A DNA stretch of 64,000 nt from the human T2T-CHM13v2.0 reference genome, Homo sapiens (GCF_009914755.1 NC_060928.1); one strand, 5' to 3'; positions 28,319-39,857 are shown, numbered from the stretch's first letter. Notes: generated by a model not told the origin, from the letters alone. Program-made: numbers and translations.

Positions 28319-28423
28319 GTGTCCTGGGTTTTAAGCAAAATATAGTCTCAGCTCTGGTTCTTCATCCTCCCTTATGGACCACTCGTGGGGAGGGGCTCTC
28401 AGGGCTCCTGCCTCTTTGCCTCT

Positions 28424-28970
28424 TGATGGCTAATTTTTTCTATCAACTTGACTGGTCTACAGATTGCTGCAATAGCTGGCAAAATCATTTCTGGGTGTGT
28501 CTGTGAGGGTGTTTCCAAAGCAGATTAGCATTTGAATCAGTAGACTGAGTAAACAAGATTACTCTCCCCAGTGTGGGAAGTCATCATCTAATCCCTGGAG
28601 GGCCCGAGTGGAACAAAGAGCAGGAGGAAGAGCACATTTTCCCTCTCTTCTAGAGCAGGGACATCCACCTTCTTCTGCCCTTGGACTTTCAGAGCTCCAG
28701 GTCCTCAGACCTTGGGACTGGGACTTATATCATTGCCTCTCCTGGTCCTCAGGCCTTTGGACACCACTGGGACTTATGTCGTTGCCTCTCCTTTGCCCTC
28801 AGACTGAATCACAACACTAGCTTTTCTGGTGTCCAGCTTGCAGATGACAATGGTGGGACTATGGAGGCAGTACAATCTCCATAATCCTGTGAGCCAATGT
28901 CTATAGTAAATCTCTTGTATCTATGTATCTCTTACTGTTTCTGGTTCTCTGAAGGACCCTAACTAATACA
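28424..28970 (+). mobile_element. MLT2 (ERVL) solo LTR
   Basis: 'tgatggctaat...tcaacttgactgg...ctgggtgtgtctgtgagggtgtttcc...gaccctaactaataca'; TSD-like cctct / cctcc. Confidence 0.9.
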
Positions 28971-29245
28971 CCTCCCCTCCCTCATTCTCTCCAAAGACAA
29001 GGCAAGGTCCAGGGCACACAGAGACAGGGAGGAGGGGTTGTTCCAGTTTTCACTGACAGCGCTGTGGGTGTGTGGAGCCTGAGGGCCTCCCTGGCTGGCT
29101 TCTCTCAGTCTCCCCAGGCTCTGGCTGTGGCAGATACGGTTTTCCATCTTGGTTGAGCTGTAATTTCAGAGATTTGGGGTTGAAGGGGTAGCAGTGACAG
29201 AGGAGTGAGTGAGTGAGGTGGCAGAGGTTGACAGTTCTAGACCAG

Positions 29246-29247
29246 GC

Positions 29248-29278
<31 letters not shown>

Positions 29279-29285
29279 TGTGCAT
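29246..29285. repeat. Compound (CG)8(TG)10 alternating purine-pyrimidine tract
   Basis: Read directly from the sequence. Confidence 0.97.
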
Positions 29286-30548
29286 TTAGGATTGTTTGAA
29301 CTGTGTAAGCCTGGGATTGGGCAATGCCCATGTTCTATACTCTGGGCCTTGGGGAGATATCTGTTCTTGCCTTGGGGGAATTCTCTTTCGCCGATTCTCA
29401 TCTCCCATCCTCCTTGCATCTCAGGTTACTGGGACAAAAGGTTAGGGCAGGATCCTGGGCCAAAGGAATGGAAGATACTTTAATTAGTCCACTTGGGCTG
29501 CCTCTACCAAGGTCAAAAGGAATATTCTTGGCACCAGGTGCCCTAGCCCAGTCCAGTCAATGTGGGGCCAAGACTTTCCAGCTGGAAGTTGAACCAAAAA
29601 TCTTTATAGTACTACACCAACAGATTTGGTCTAGAGTGTCCCCTTTGCTATTTCCTTCTCAAGCCTGTGACAGTGATAGAGAAGTAGTTATGGGTCATAG
29701 TCAAATATCTTTCTATGTCATCATACCCAGCAAAAAGGCAAAAACCACAAATAACCCTTAGAAGCTAATGAAAGTGATGACTGTCTTCTCTTAGGATAAT
29801 TAATCAGAATCTTCCTTTTCACTCCTGATTCCCCTCCACAGTAGGATGGTCCTAGGACAGGCAGTGGCTTCCATGGGAGGGTATTTGCAGGAATATCCCA
29901 CTAAATATTCAACTTTAAATATCCTCCACTGTTTCCCACTGCTCTGGAGAGCCTCCATACCCCTCGGAAACAATAACGTGGTCAAGAGTTTATGGCGGTT
30001 ATTGCATGGAGAGATCACAGCAATCCCCCAGTCTTGAGCTAATGACAGAGGCGTGACTTCTTCCAACAACAGTCATTACCTCTCAGTAGTGGTGGCTGCT
30101 GGCTGGCGAGAGAGTGCCTGGCAGATGGATAGGCCGATGAATGGAGGCCTCAGTAATTGAAATGACGAATGATGAGTCATGCACACACAAGCAGAGTGGG
30201 AGTAGCTGCGGAGGGGGATATGAAAAGGCCCATCTGCAAAACATTTCCATAAACCCAGATCTGTTTCTGCTGAAGTGAGACAGCATCTGCCAGAACCATT
30301 CTGCACCCACGAAGACAAAGACACATCCAAGAAGGAGCCTGCCCCTGGGTCTGGGAGAGAACAAGTTCAGGGCTGGGGTTTGGGCCTGGAGCACCTCCAT
30401 CTTCTCTCCTACTTATGCAAATCATTATTTTCTCTTTAACTCCTTCTGTATCATTCTTCCCACCCAAAGTGCCATTCCAGACTCATCCTGTTCTTGACCC
30501 AATTGTTTCTGAACTGCTTTAGATGCTTCTGGGCTTTATTAGTCTTTG

Positions 30549-30765
30549 TGGGGTCAGCAAACTATGGCTCATGGGCCAAATCTGGAGTGCCATACATTTT
30601 AGTAAGTGGAGTCCTGTTGGAACACAGTCACACGCCTTCATTTATGTATCTTGTGTGGCTGCTTCTATGCTGCCATGGCAGTGTGGAACAGCCGGGACAG
30701 AGACAGGATGACCCAAGAGCCTGAACGAATTCCTTCTGAACTGTATTCCTCTGCATCCACCCTAA
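30549..30765 (+). mobile_element. MER58A-like hAT-Charlie MITE
   Basis: 'ggggtcagcaaactatggctcatgggccaaatctgg...ttggaacacagtcacac...tcatttatgtatcttgtgtggctgc'. Confidence 0.8.
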
Positions 30766-30770
30766 CACTG

Positions 30771-31141
30771 TGATATGGTTTGGCTGTGTCCCTACCCAAA
30801 TCTCATCTTGAATTTTAGCTCCCATAATCCCCATGTGTCATGAGACGGACTCAGTGGGAGCTAATTTAATCATGGAGGCAGGTTTTCCCGTGCTTTTCTC
30901 GTGATAGCGAATAAGTTTCATGAGATCTGGTGGTTTTATAGTTTTATAAAAAGCAGTTCCCTTGCACATGCTCTCTTGCCTGCCACCATGTAAGACGTGA
31001 CTTTGCTCCTCCTTCACCTTCTGCCATGATTGTGAGGCCTCTCCAGCCATGTGGAACTGTGAGTCCATTAAGCTTCTTTTTCTGTATAAATTACCCAGTC
31101 TCAGGTATTTCTTCATAACAGTATGAAAATGGACTAATACA
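30771..31141 (+). mobile_element. THE1B/C-like solo LTR
   Basis: 'tgatatggtttggctgtgtccc...aaatggactaataca'; TSD cactg / ccctg. Confidence 0.93.
30862..30872 (+). promoter_or_regulatory. DUX4 consensus site in the THE1 LTR (motif only)
   Basis: TAATTTAATCA matches TAAYYYAATCA exactly; no functional data. Confidence 0.5.
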
Positions 31142-31223
31142 CCCTGTGACACCTGTCCCAGTCCGCGAGGGTGGCAGAGACCAGAGAGGGAAAATATTAT
31201 TTTCTCAAAAATGCAGTCTCAGA

Positions 31224-31288
31224 TGCAGTCTCAGACACTTTCTTAATGCTCCAGCATTTTTTTTCTTAAGAAAGTGTCTGAGACTGCA
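31224..31288. repeat. Perfect 23-bp inverted repeat with 19-nt spacer
   Basis: tgcagtctcagacactttcttaa (31224-31246) / ttaagaaagtgtctgagactgca (31266-31288). Confidence 0.95.
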
Positions 31289-31539
31289 GCTGAAAAGAAG
31301 AAGGGTCCCTCATTGGCAAAGAGGACTGTGATCACTTTTTGCTGCCTGCTTTGAGAGTTCCAAGATGAAGTTGCATGACCTGTGTCATATGTTTGTTTTT
31401 TCTCTTCTGGACATTTCAGTTTATTACTTTTATTTTATTTTGCTTTTCCTCTCTTTTTAACATCCACATTTCCTTCTCTGTACATTTATTCACAAAGGAA
31501 ACATTTTCTGGTTTGATGTTGTGTTACAGGCATGGCTGT

Positions 31540-31903
31540 ATCTATCAGTCAGGATGGGCTAAGCTATGCTGCAGTAAAAAACAACCCCCAGTTTTCAATG
31601 GCTTAAAAGAACAGAGGTCTCTTTCTTGTTGGATATACTACAGTGTGTCCAGCCTGGACTGGGAGAAGGCTCTGCTCACCAGGTGATTCAGGATTGTAGG
31701 TTGATGGTACCTCTTGAGCCCTGACCATGTGAGGGCCTGAGGGAAAGGGAACTCAGCCCAGAAGTGGCTCACACCCATTTATTTTCCCCATCAGTTAGTT
31801 ACATGGCTTCCTCCAGCCACAGGGAGTCAGAAAATAAATTTCTACCCCTTGCCTAGAAAGGAAGGAGCGCCGGATATTGCTGAGTAGAATGATTGATCAT
31901 CAA
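31540..31903 (-). mobile_element. Old MLT1 (J/K/L-like) LTR
   Basis: 'tcagtcaggatgggctaagctatgctgcagtaaaaaacaacccccag...atggcttaaaagaacagagg'. Confidence 0.7.
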
Positions 31904-31974
31904 ACACTGGTGCTATGGAAGTAAATAAGAACAAACCATGGTCTGGGCTCTGGAGGAGAACCAAGTCTCATATA

Positions 31975-32175
31975 TGATTTATTGAGTTCTTACTGCATAT
32001 ACAACACTTTGTAGTTGTTATGGCATTTGATCTTCACATTAGTCATGAGAAGTTTTCTAACTTCAATTTCAGGGCAGAAAACTTAGTCCTGGCAAAACTA
32101 AATGACTTTATTAACATCACTCAGCTGGTAGGACTTGAAGGCAAAATTCTGGCTTCAAAGTATGAGCTCTGTATG
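31975..32175 (-). mobile_element. MIR
   Basis: 'atttattgagttcttact...aatgactttattaacatcactcagctggta...tctggcttcaaag'. Confidence 0.55.
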
Positions 32176-32772
32176 GTACCCCAAGGACTCATATCTCCCT
32201 GCTTGAACCTTGGATTTCCACCCATGTCATCCTCAATGCCACTGATAAACACGGTAGTCTCGGGGTCTCTTAGATATTCTGGGTAGGGAAGAATTCAATG
32301 ATCGCCCCATGGTGGGAAGGGAAAAGATGAGAGATTAATTTGGGTAAATCCATTCTGGCTTGATTCACCCAAATCAAGCCCATCTGGTAAATATGATTAT
32401 TTTGTCTTGTGTCAGATAAATGATCACGATGCCTGACAAGCAATCTTCATAAAACTTCATTCTTTATAAACCTTTTCCCTGCTCAGTGGGCTTCATCAGT
32501 GATTCCTTATTGCCTTCAGGAAGAAGTCTAGTTTTCTTTGATTTTCAAAGTCCTGCCCAGTTGGGCACATGCCCCTCTCTTGGCCCCTTTTCCTTGTCCA
32601 GTGTGCTCTGTCTGGAGCTTCCATCCCAGCTGCCTCCCCCTCAGCACTTCTGCACATGGAGAGATTCAGGTAACAGAAAATTGTGAGTATGGACTAACAT
32701 ATTAACAGTAGGGTGGGTGAAGAGGGAGAGATATCGGAAGACTTATGTGTCAGGAAATAGAGTTTACATTTC

Positions 32773-33073
32773 TTTTTTTTCTTTCTTTTGAGACAGGGTC
32801 CTGCTCTGTCACCTGTGCTGGAGTGCAGTGTCACAATCACAGCTCACTGCAGCCTCAAAATCACAGGTTCAAGTAATCCTCCCACCTCAGTCTTTCAGGT
32901 AGCTGGGACCACAGGCATGTGCCACCATGCCTGGCTAATTTTTTTGTATTTTTTGTAGAGATGGGGTCTTGCTATGTTGCCCAAGCTGTTCTCAAATACT
33001 TAGGCTAAAGTGATCTTCCTACCCTGGTCTCCCAGAGTGCTGGGATTATAGGTGAGAGCCACTGTGCCCAGCC
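32773..33073 (-). mobile_element. AluJ
   Basis: 'cacaatcacagctcactgcagcctc', 'ggggtcttgctatgttgccca'; TSD tagagtttacatttctt / tagagcttacgatttctt. Confidence 0.93.
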
Positions 33074-33199
33074 TAGAGCTTACGATTTCTTGAATGGGGC
33101 AACCAGTGGTCAAAATTCTGAAGACAGTGAAAGGAAGAATAGTGTGCAAGAGAGTAACTCCATGAAATTGCTTTATCCCCTCAACTGAACTGAATTGAT

Positions 33200-33480
33200 A
33201 ATGATGATGTTAGAATCCCAGCAGCTGCCATCTACACCAAGCACCTCTGTGCTGGTCTCTGTGTTAGATCCCTCATGAACATTATCTCACCTAATTATCA
33301 TAAAGTGCCTGGGCCTAGGAAGCGTTTATAATACCACCATTGACATTTGAGAAAGTAGGTTGGATACTTTAACAACCTTGTCCAAAACTGCAACATCGAA
33401 AAAAAACAGAATCAGGATATGGCCCCCCAACTGTCTACTTCCAAAGCCTAGATTGTTTCCTCTATACCACTGCATCTTCA
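33200..33480 (-). mobile_element. MIR
   Basis: 'cattatctcacctaattatcat...caaccttgtccaaaactgcaac...tgtctacttccaaagcc'. Confidence 0.5.
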
Positions 33481-33764
33481 AGGGCAATAGATTTCCTGTT
33501 GCTGACACAGGGATTTAGGTCAAATATGTGAATTTCTAGAGGCCAACTGCCTGATTTGGATGTAACAGCACAATTCCTGGAAGGCTTAAATTGTGCGTCA
33601 TTGAAGCTCTTCCATTGGAAAGTTGAAATGTCAAACACACACCCACAGCTCAGCACATATGCAATTCAGGAGCCATTTCCTTGAAACTAGCATCTTGTTA
33701 CAAAGGCATAATGTTGAAGACTGAATCTCCAGCCTGTGTGTGCTACATGTCCTCTTCCCCTTGT

Positions 33765-33817
33765 CTTTCTCCTCCTCCTCCTCTTTCTTCTTCTTCTTCT
33801 CCTCCTCCTCCTCCTCA
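33765..33817. repeat. Compound (CCT)/(CTT) trinucleotide repeat
   Basis: Read directly from the sequence. Confidence 0.9.
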
Positions 33818-33989
33818 AGGCTTTCCATATGAGGTCTCTCACCCACTGTTCACACCTTACCCACCTGACCTTCTGCCCTTCCCCATCTCCTCGGGCCATG
33901 CACAACAGCCTGGGCCTGGTGTTCCCAGTCTTCTTGCCCTTCTTTGTCCCTTTTCGTCCATCCATCTCTGCACATTCACAGCATAGCTA

Positions 33990-34240
33990 GTCTTTCATCA
34001 GTATCACAGATAATTCATTTTCCTTGAAGACTTTTCTTGTCCTGCCCTCACCGAAGACAAACCTGCACTGTTGTACTTTGTGTCCTCTTATGGTGTGCAT
34101 TATGAACTCTACTTGTGGGCTTATGTCTGTGATTCCCTTACTAGACTTCAAATTCCATGAAGGCAGGGACCAGGTGTGAAGTCCACTGTTATGAGCCCTG
34201 CCCTAGAGAAGGCATTGGCAGGCATTCAAAAACAGATAAA
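33990..34240 (+). mobile_element. L2 3' fragment
   Basis: 'ctagacttcaaattccatgaaggcagggacc...ggcattcaaaaac'. Confidence 0.6.
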
Positions 34241-34261
34241 TGGGCATTTAATCTATTTTAA

Positions 34262-34830
34262 AATCTATTCCTTGGAACACTTACAGTATAGTTGCAAAAG
34301 TGTTTTCTATCCAAATATTGGTGAAGTAAATTAAGTTTTAGAAATACTTTTTTTTTTTTTTTTGAGACAAAGTCTCCCTCTATGCCCCAGGCTGGAATGC
34401 AGTGGTGTGATCACAACTCACTGCAGCCTTGACCTCCTGGGCTCAGGTGATCCTCCCACCTCAGCCCCATGAGTAGCTGGGACTACAGGTATGCACCATC
34501 ATGCCTAGCTAATTTTTAAATTTGTGTAGAGATGGGGTCTAACTAGGTTGCCTAGGCTGTTCTCAAACTCCTGAGCTCAAATGATCCTCCCACTTTAGCC
34601 TCCTAAAGTGCTGGGATTACAGGTGTGAGCTACCATGCCCTACCAGAAATACTTCTTATATCCCCTGTCTTGAAGAGTCCCGTGAATAGTGGCATACCAA
34701 AAGCTCTGAGAATTCCTTCAGTAAAGAACTTCATTTTCACTTTTTAAACTAGTAAAAACCAAACTTATTTGTCTATTAGCATGCTTTTCCACAAATACAC
34801 ATTACTCCTCAGAACTCTTCCCTAGGTGTG
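34262..34830. mobile_element. MER103-like hAT-Charlie element interrupted by AluJ
   Basis: 'tatcccctgtcttgaagagt...aaagctctgagaattccttcagtaaagaa...ccaaacttatttg'. Confidence 0.55.
34348..34644 (-). mobile_element. AluJ
   Basis: 'tcactgcagccttgacctcctgggctcag'; TSD agaaatactt. Confidence 0.94.
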
Positions 34831-35659
34831 CTGTAAGAAATTAAGAAGACAAGGCCTTCCTGGTCCAAGGCTAATGGAAAAGATTTGTAATTCTGGGAGA
34901 GAGAAATAGGGAAAGAGTGGGATCTTGAGCTTCCTGGCAGTACAGCTACCACTTGGGGAGAAATAGCAGTATCAGGAGTCCCCAGAGGTAGTCTTGTCAA
35001 CAATGGGATGACCAGAAGAGTTACTTCTACAAGGAAAGAGCCAAACCACTGGAGGTCCCCAGGAGGACCAGGGTTTGGAAAGCACTTGTGTGTGAGTCTG
35101 GGACTCTGTCCAGGGAGGTAGGACTAGGGGAGGAGGGGGGATGGAAGCTTATTTGCTTGCGGAATAAGAGGCTGTGAAATGTGGCCCATCTCCTCCCTGC
35201 CAGCCTTCTCTCTTCTGTTAACTCACCATGTGCAATGACCCCATGAGGTCAGCAGCATCCTCTCTGGGGAAGAAAGAACAAACACAAACAAGCAAACAAA
35301 CAATCTTGCTTCACAGAGTAAAATGCACATTTGTTCATTTGAAAAGTAAACAAACTCGCATTTTACACTGTGAATCACGCAAGCTCTAAAATGATCAAGC
35401 GACAAGTCTCTCTGATTTTGTTTTTACTTCAGTAAATGGGGCTTTTATAGTTCATTTTATAAACTGCTATTTATTGGGTATTTGCCATAGTATTTTATCT
35501 TCATGACAACGTTGAGAGTTAAGACTCACCAATGAAAACTGAAGCCGAGGGACTAACGGTAATTCATTCAACACTCGTGCAGCAAATAATTGTTTAGCTC
35601 CTACTGTGTGCCAGGTGCTATTACAGAGCAGGACACAGGCGATTTTATTTAATGGTCTT

Positions 35660-35885
35660 TTTACTTACTAATCTTTATTAAGCATTTACTGTGTGTCAGG
35701 GACCGCTCTGATGTTTTATACAGGCCATCATTTTTAATTTTCACAATTAGTAAGCAAGTAGATGTGATTATTATAGACATTTAGAAGGTGGGGAAACAGA
35801 GGCATAGCATGCAGAAAAACATGTCTAACATGACACAGCTACCAAAAGTCAGAACCAGGATTCAGACCCGAGCAGTCAAGGTTAT
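35660..35885 (-). mobile_element. MIR
   Basis: 'tttattaagcatttactgtgtgtcagg...ggggaaacagaggca...agaaccaggattcagaccc'. Confidence 0.75.
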
Positions 35886-36704
35886 TTGTGCAAGTAATAT
35901 TCAGATGTGACACCTCTCCAAACAAGCAATTTTTCCCTACTGTCTGTGGGCTTACTGTCAGCCTTTTAAAGAGCTCTCAAAATGTAAGTCATGACTTTCT
36001 GCACTGAGGTGACTATGTGGATCATGTGAAGGGTACGAAAACCGGAGATAAACCGCAGTCCCCACAAAGGTTTTCCTGCAGAAGCACCCCATGGCTGCTT
36101 AATCAAAGCAAACTGGCACCTCGTGAAGTCAGAATGCCCTCCACATCCTGTGATTTCATCCAAACTTTCCAATTTTGTTATGTTAGCAAAGGCCACCAGG
36201 CAATTTCTCCCACATTTGTCATCGTCCCTTAAAACATTATATAATTGGAAGTTGCTGTGTTGGTGAGGGTAGGATGACATTTTATGTGCATTCAATTTGG
36301 ACATAAGTGTCATATTTGCACGAGGTTGGGGCTGCTGGCTGTAAGTATAAAATTTCATGAGTGATGAGTTGGCCTGCAAGAGATCTCGATGAGTGAGAGG
36401 AAACACGCTTTTTATGACCCTGGCGGAGATAAATCAATGATCGCAGGCAGAAGGTCGACATCGTTTTTTTAAAATCAAGTGTCTGCTCTCTGCGCTTTCT
36501 GGTTCTGTCTCTACAGAATATATTCTCTGCATCCTATGTTCTAAAACTCAGATAAAACCTGATCAGCATGAATTCACTTAGTTGTATTTAAATAATATAT
36601 ACGTACATATAGATAATCTCGAGGAGCTGTTGTGCATTAGCACTGCTGTTTTCAGGACACTTTTAACCCATTATTGCTTTTCACTGTGATTTAATTCTGG
36701 GGCT

Positions 36705-36985
36705 GTTCTTCGATTCCTTCTTTTCCCTCATCCATCACCTCATTGAGTCCAAGAACAAATGCTGTTGGCCCTGACAGCTTCTGATTCTTCTACTCCTGCC
36801 ACCAAGCTGCCATCAATCCTGTCCTGGGTTATGGTGGAAGCCGACTAATGATCATTTTGCTTTCATCCTTGTCTCATACAGTCTATTCTCCATACAGCTG
36901 CTGGGCTGAACTTCAAACAAGCTTAAGTCAGGCCATGCCCCACTTGTTCAAAGCCATCCAGAATGAAATCCAGATTCCTTTCTGT
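36705..36985 (+). mobile_element. L2 fragment
   Basis: 'ccaagctgccatcaatcctgtcctggg...cagtctattctccatacagc...gttcaaagccatcca'. Confidence 0.65.
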
Positions 36986-37219
36986 TGGGATTGGAGCCTA
37001 ATAACTAAAACCCCACTTCCTTTTAGCTTCTCCAGCTTAGACACAGTTGAGAAATAAGACTAGAAGTGAAGCAGATAGAGATCAATCTATCACGTTTATT
37101 ACTGGTGAAGAGGTTATTGATGAACACGGTTTGGGTGGCTTAGGAAATGGATTTCTTATATGCACCTTGATTAAACTTTTTCCCCTTTAGTAAAAACCTG
37201 CTTCTTTAAAATCACAAAT

Positions 37220-38195
37220 ACTTCCTTCTTAGCGAAGCTTCTTGTCTCATTTCTGATTGCAGCCCTCCCACCTATACTTAAGCTGTTTGCTCCTTTTTAA
37301 GAAGGTTGCCTTTTCCCTTATTGATTTATGGGGGGATTTATATGTGATGAATATCTTCTTGTAGTTTGTAGCTTGTATTTATACTTTATGGTGACTTTTG
37401 GTTAAAAAATGTTTCAATGAGATTAAATTACCAATTAAATTAAAGGTAGTGATTTTATGTCTGCTTTGAAAAACCGCTCCCAATCTTGAGGTCGCAGTGA
37501 TATTTTCCTAAATTTTCTTTGAACAGTTTGAAGCTTGGCTTTTACCTATTTAAATTCAGGATTCTGTGCATGGTATGAGGTTCTGATTTTTGTATATGGT
37601 GACTGATATTGTTTGGCTCTGTGACCCCACCCAAATCTCATGTTGAATTGTAATTCTCATGTTGGGGGAGGGACCTGGTGGGAGGTGATTGGATCATGGG
37701 GGCGGGTTTCTCCCTTGCTATTCTCATGATAGTGAGTGAGTTCTCATGATATCTGGTTGTTTAAAAGTGTGTAGTGCTTCCTCCTTGGTTCTCTCTCCCC
37801 TGCTGCCATGTGTAAATGCGTTTACTTCTCCTTTGCCTTCCGCCATGATTGTAAGTTTCCTGAGGCCTCCCCAGCCATGCCTCCTGTAACAGCTTGTGGA
37901 ACTGTGAGTCAATTAAACCTCTTTTCTTTATAAATTGCCCAGTCTCGGGTAGTTCTTTATAGCAGTGTGAGAACAGACTAATACAATAATGTGTAGGTCC
38001 AGGTTCATTTTGTTACTTATAGACAACTCACTATTCCAGCATGATTTATTGTAGACATTCATGGTCCCCAGGCACCTTCAGTGCCATCTATCATTTCCTT
38101 CTCTGGGTGGGTTTGTCTGTTCTGTTCCAATGCTCTATTTGTCCACCCCTGCACTACACACACACTATCTTAATTATTACAATTTGATAATAACA
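37220..38195 (-). mobile_element. Old L1M ORF2 fragment interrupted by an MST LTR
   Basis: 'ttgtagcttgtatttatactttatggtgacttttg', 'gcatggtatgagg', then 'ctattccagcatgatttattg...tctgttctgttcca...cactatcttaattattac'. Confidence 0.7.
37604..37985 (+). mobile_element. MSTA-like solo LTR
   Basis: 'tgatattgtttggctctgtgaccccacccaaatctcatgttgaattg...gaacagactaataca'. Confidence 0.92.
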
Positions 38196-39309
38196 CAAGA
38201 AACTTAAGAAGTTAAAAATCACTCATGATCTCATAATCTAAGGACTATCTCTGTCTCAATTTCTTTGGCATTTCCTTTTAGTCTTTTGCTTATTTTCAGA
38301 AGATACTGTATATACAGATTTGAATTTTCATTTTTCCTTAACATTATATTTTGGCACATATTGTCAAATGCTCCAAATTTTTGTTTTATTGTGAGAGAGG
38401 TATGAACAAAGTGTTAAAGTTTTAAGAGGAAGCAAGAGAGCATTTTTATCTTGGGAGAAATCTGAGATTTTGTGTCTCCAGACTATGTATTTTACGTAGG
38501 TATTTTCTTGTTGATAAATGAGCTGTGACAATACATGAAAAGAGATGGATCATTGCTTTTAAAAAACCGCACAAAGACATTGGGAATTGATGGATATATT
38601 GAAAATCTAAACATTGCTTTTCAAGTTTTTTAGATGGGAGCAAGCCATTTGCTAAATGGGATCTTTATTGAACTATTTCTCTGGGAACAAACAATGACAT
38701 AAAAATATGTGGAATCCTTTCCCTTCTGCAGTGGGCCCAGAGCTCTGAGAACATAGTGTTTTAACTGGGTTCTAAGTCAGAAAGGAAATTTCTTGGAATC
38801 TGCAGGGACAGTGATGTGAACTGCAATTCTCAACAGTTAGTTGATGTGTTGCTTATGGTTGGTTGGGAGTTTAAAGATCTTTAGTCACTTCAATCAGATA
38901 TCACATCTGATTTTTATCCCTAGTTTTACTGCAGGACTTCCAACATCATTTTGCCTCCAAATGAACCTATTCAGTCAGCTTCAGTTAAGAACTGGAGGGT
39001 AAACGCAGAAGGGGCACCTTTCACATGAGAACAATTTCCTTTTGATTTCCAATAGAGGCAGTGTCTCCTCTTTAAGTCTCCTGGAGACAGGGGCTTCTTT
39101 GTTCTGTCAAATGGCTTCCTGTTTGGAATTAACTGGGTTTTTTATTTACAGTCATTTATAAAATCCTTATTGCTTGGCTTCTGCTGGGACGAGATGGGGG
39201 AGTGTTAATGATTTTTGTCATATTTATGCAACATTAGATGTTGTTTAAACCAAAGCCACTCTGTGCTTTATTATAATCCTTTAAACCCTCAGAGCAGGCA
39301 AAATTGTGG

Positions 39310-39605
39310 AATCTCTAAGAGTCTTAGAGATGGATGGGAACTTAGACACAGCTCACCTTGCCTGACTCAGGACTCCCTTCTCCAGTGTTCAAGTCAATAT
39401 CCATTGAGTGCTGCCTCTTGGCCAGAAGATGGACCTCCACAATTAGGTGCCTGTGGTGGTCTGCTCACTTTACTCAGTCTGTTTTGTTATAGAACTTTTT
39501 TAATTGTGAGAAAATCCTGCCTGTCCCTTATCCAAAGTTGGCCTGCAAAGAATGTCTACCCATTGATTCTAGTTTTGCTTTTTGTGGTTGCAGAGTGAAA
39601 GTCTT
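39310..39605 (-). mobile_element. L3/CR1 LINE fragment
   Basis: 'tttaattgtgagaaaatcctgcct...tctacccattgattctagttttgc' resembles the antisense L3 3' region. Confidence 0.55.
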
Positions 39606-39640
39606 ATCTATTAGACTGTGAGTGCCTTGATATTCTAGAC

Positions 39641-39830
39641 TAGTGGTTCTCAAACCTCAGTGTGCATGAGAATCACCTGGAATGCTTGTTAAAGACCAGA
39701 TCACTGGACCGCACCTCAGAGTTCCTGATTTAGTGGATCTGGGTTTGGAACTAGCGGACTTGCATTTCTAACAAGTCTCTAGGAAATGCTGATGCTGCTG
39801 GTCTGGGGAGCCACACTTTAAGAACTGCTG
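39641..39830 (+). mobile_element. MER5A hAT-Charlie MITE
   Basis: 'tagtggttctcaaac...gaatcacctgg...ttgcatttctaacaag...ccacactttaagaactgctg'; 8-bp TSD ttctagac / ttaaagac. Confidence 0.9.
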
Positions 39831-39857
39831 TTAAAGACCAAGATAATCCCTTTATCT

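Noticed and set aside
31163-31177. CTCF-like CCGCGAGGGTGGCAG
   Set aside because: One base too long for the CCGCGNGGNGGCAG core spacing
33631-33990. Poly-E/K, poly-R, poly-L and poly-P ORFs
   Set aside because: Translations of the (CCT)/(CTT) repeat
35966-36406. 146-aa minus-strand ORF over the enhancer candidate
   Set aside because: Non-ATG start, no recognisable homology or exon structure; better explained as non-coding
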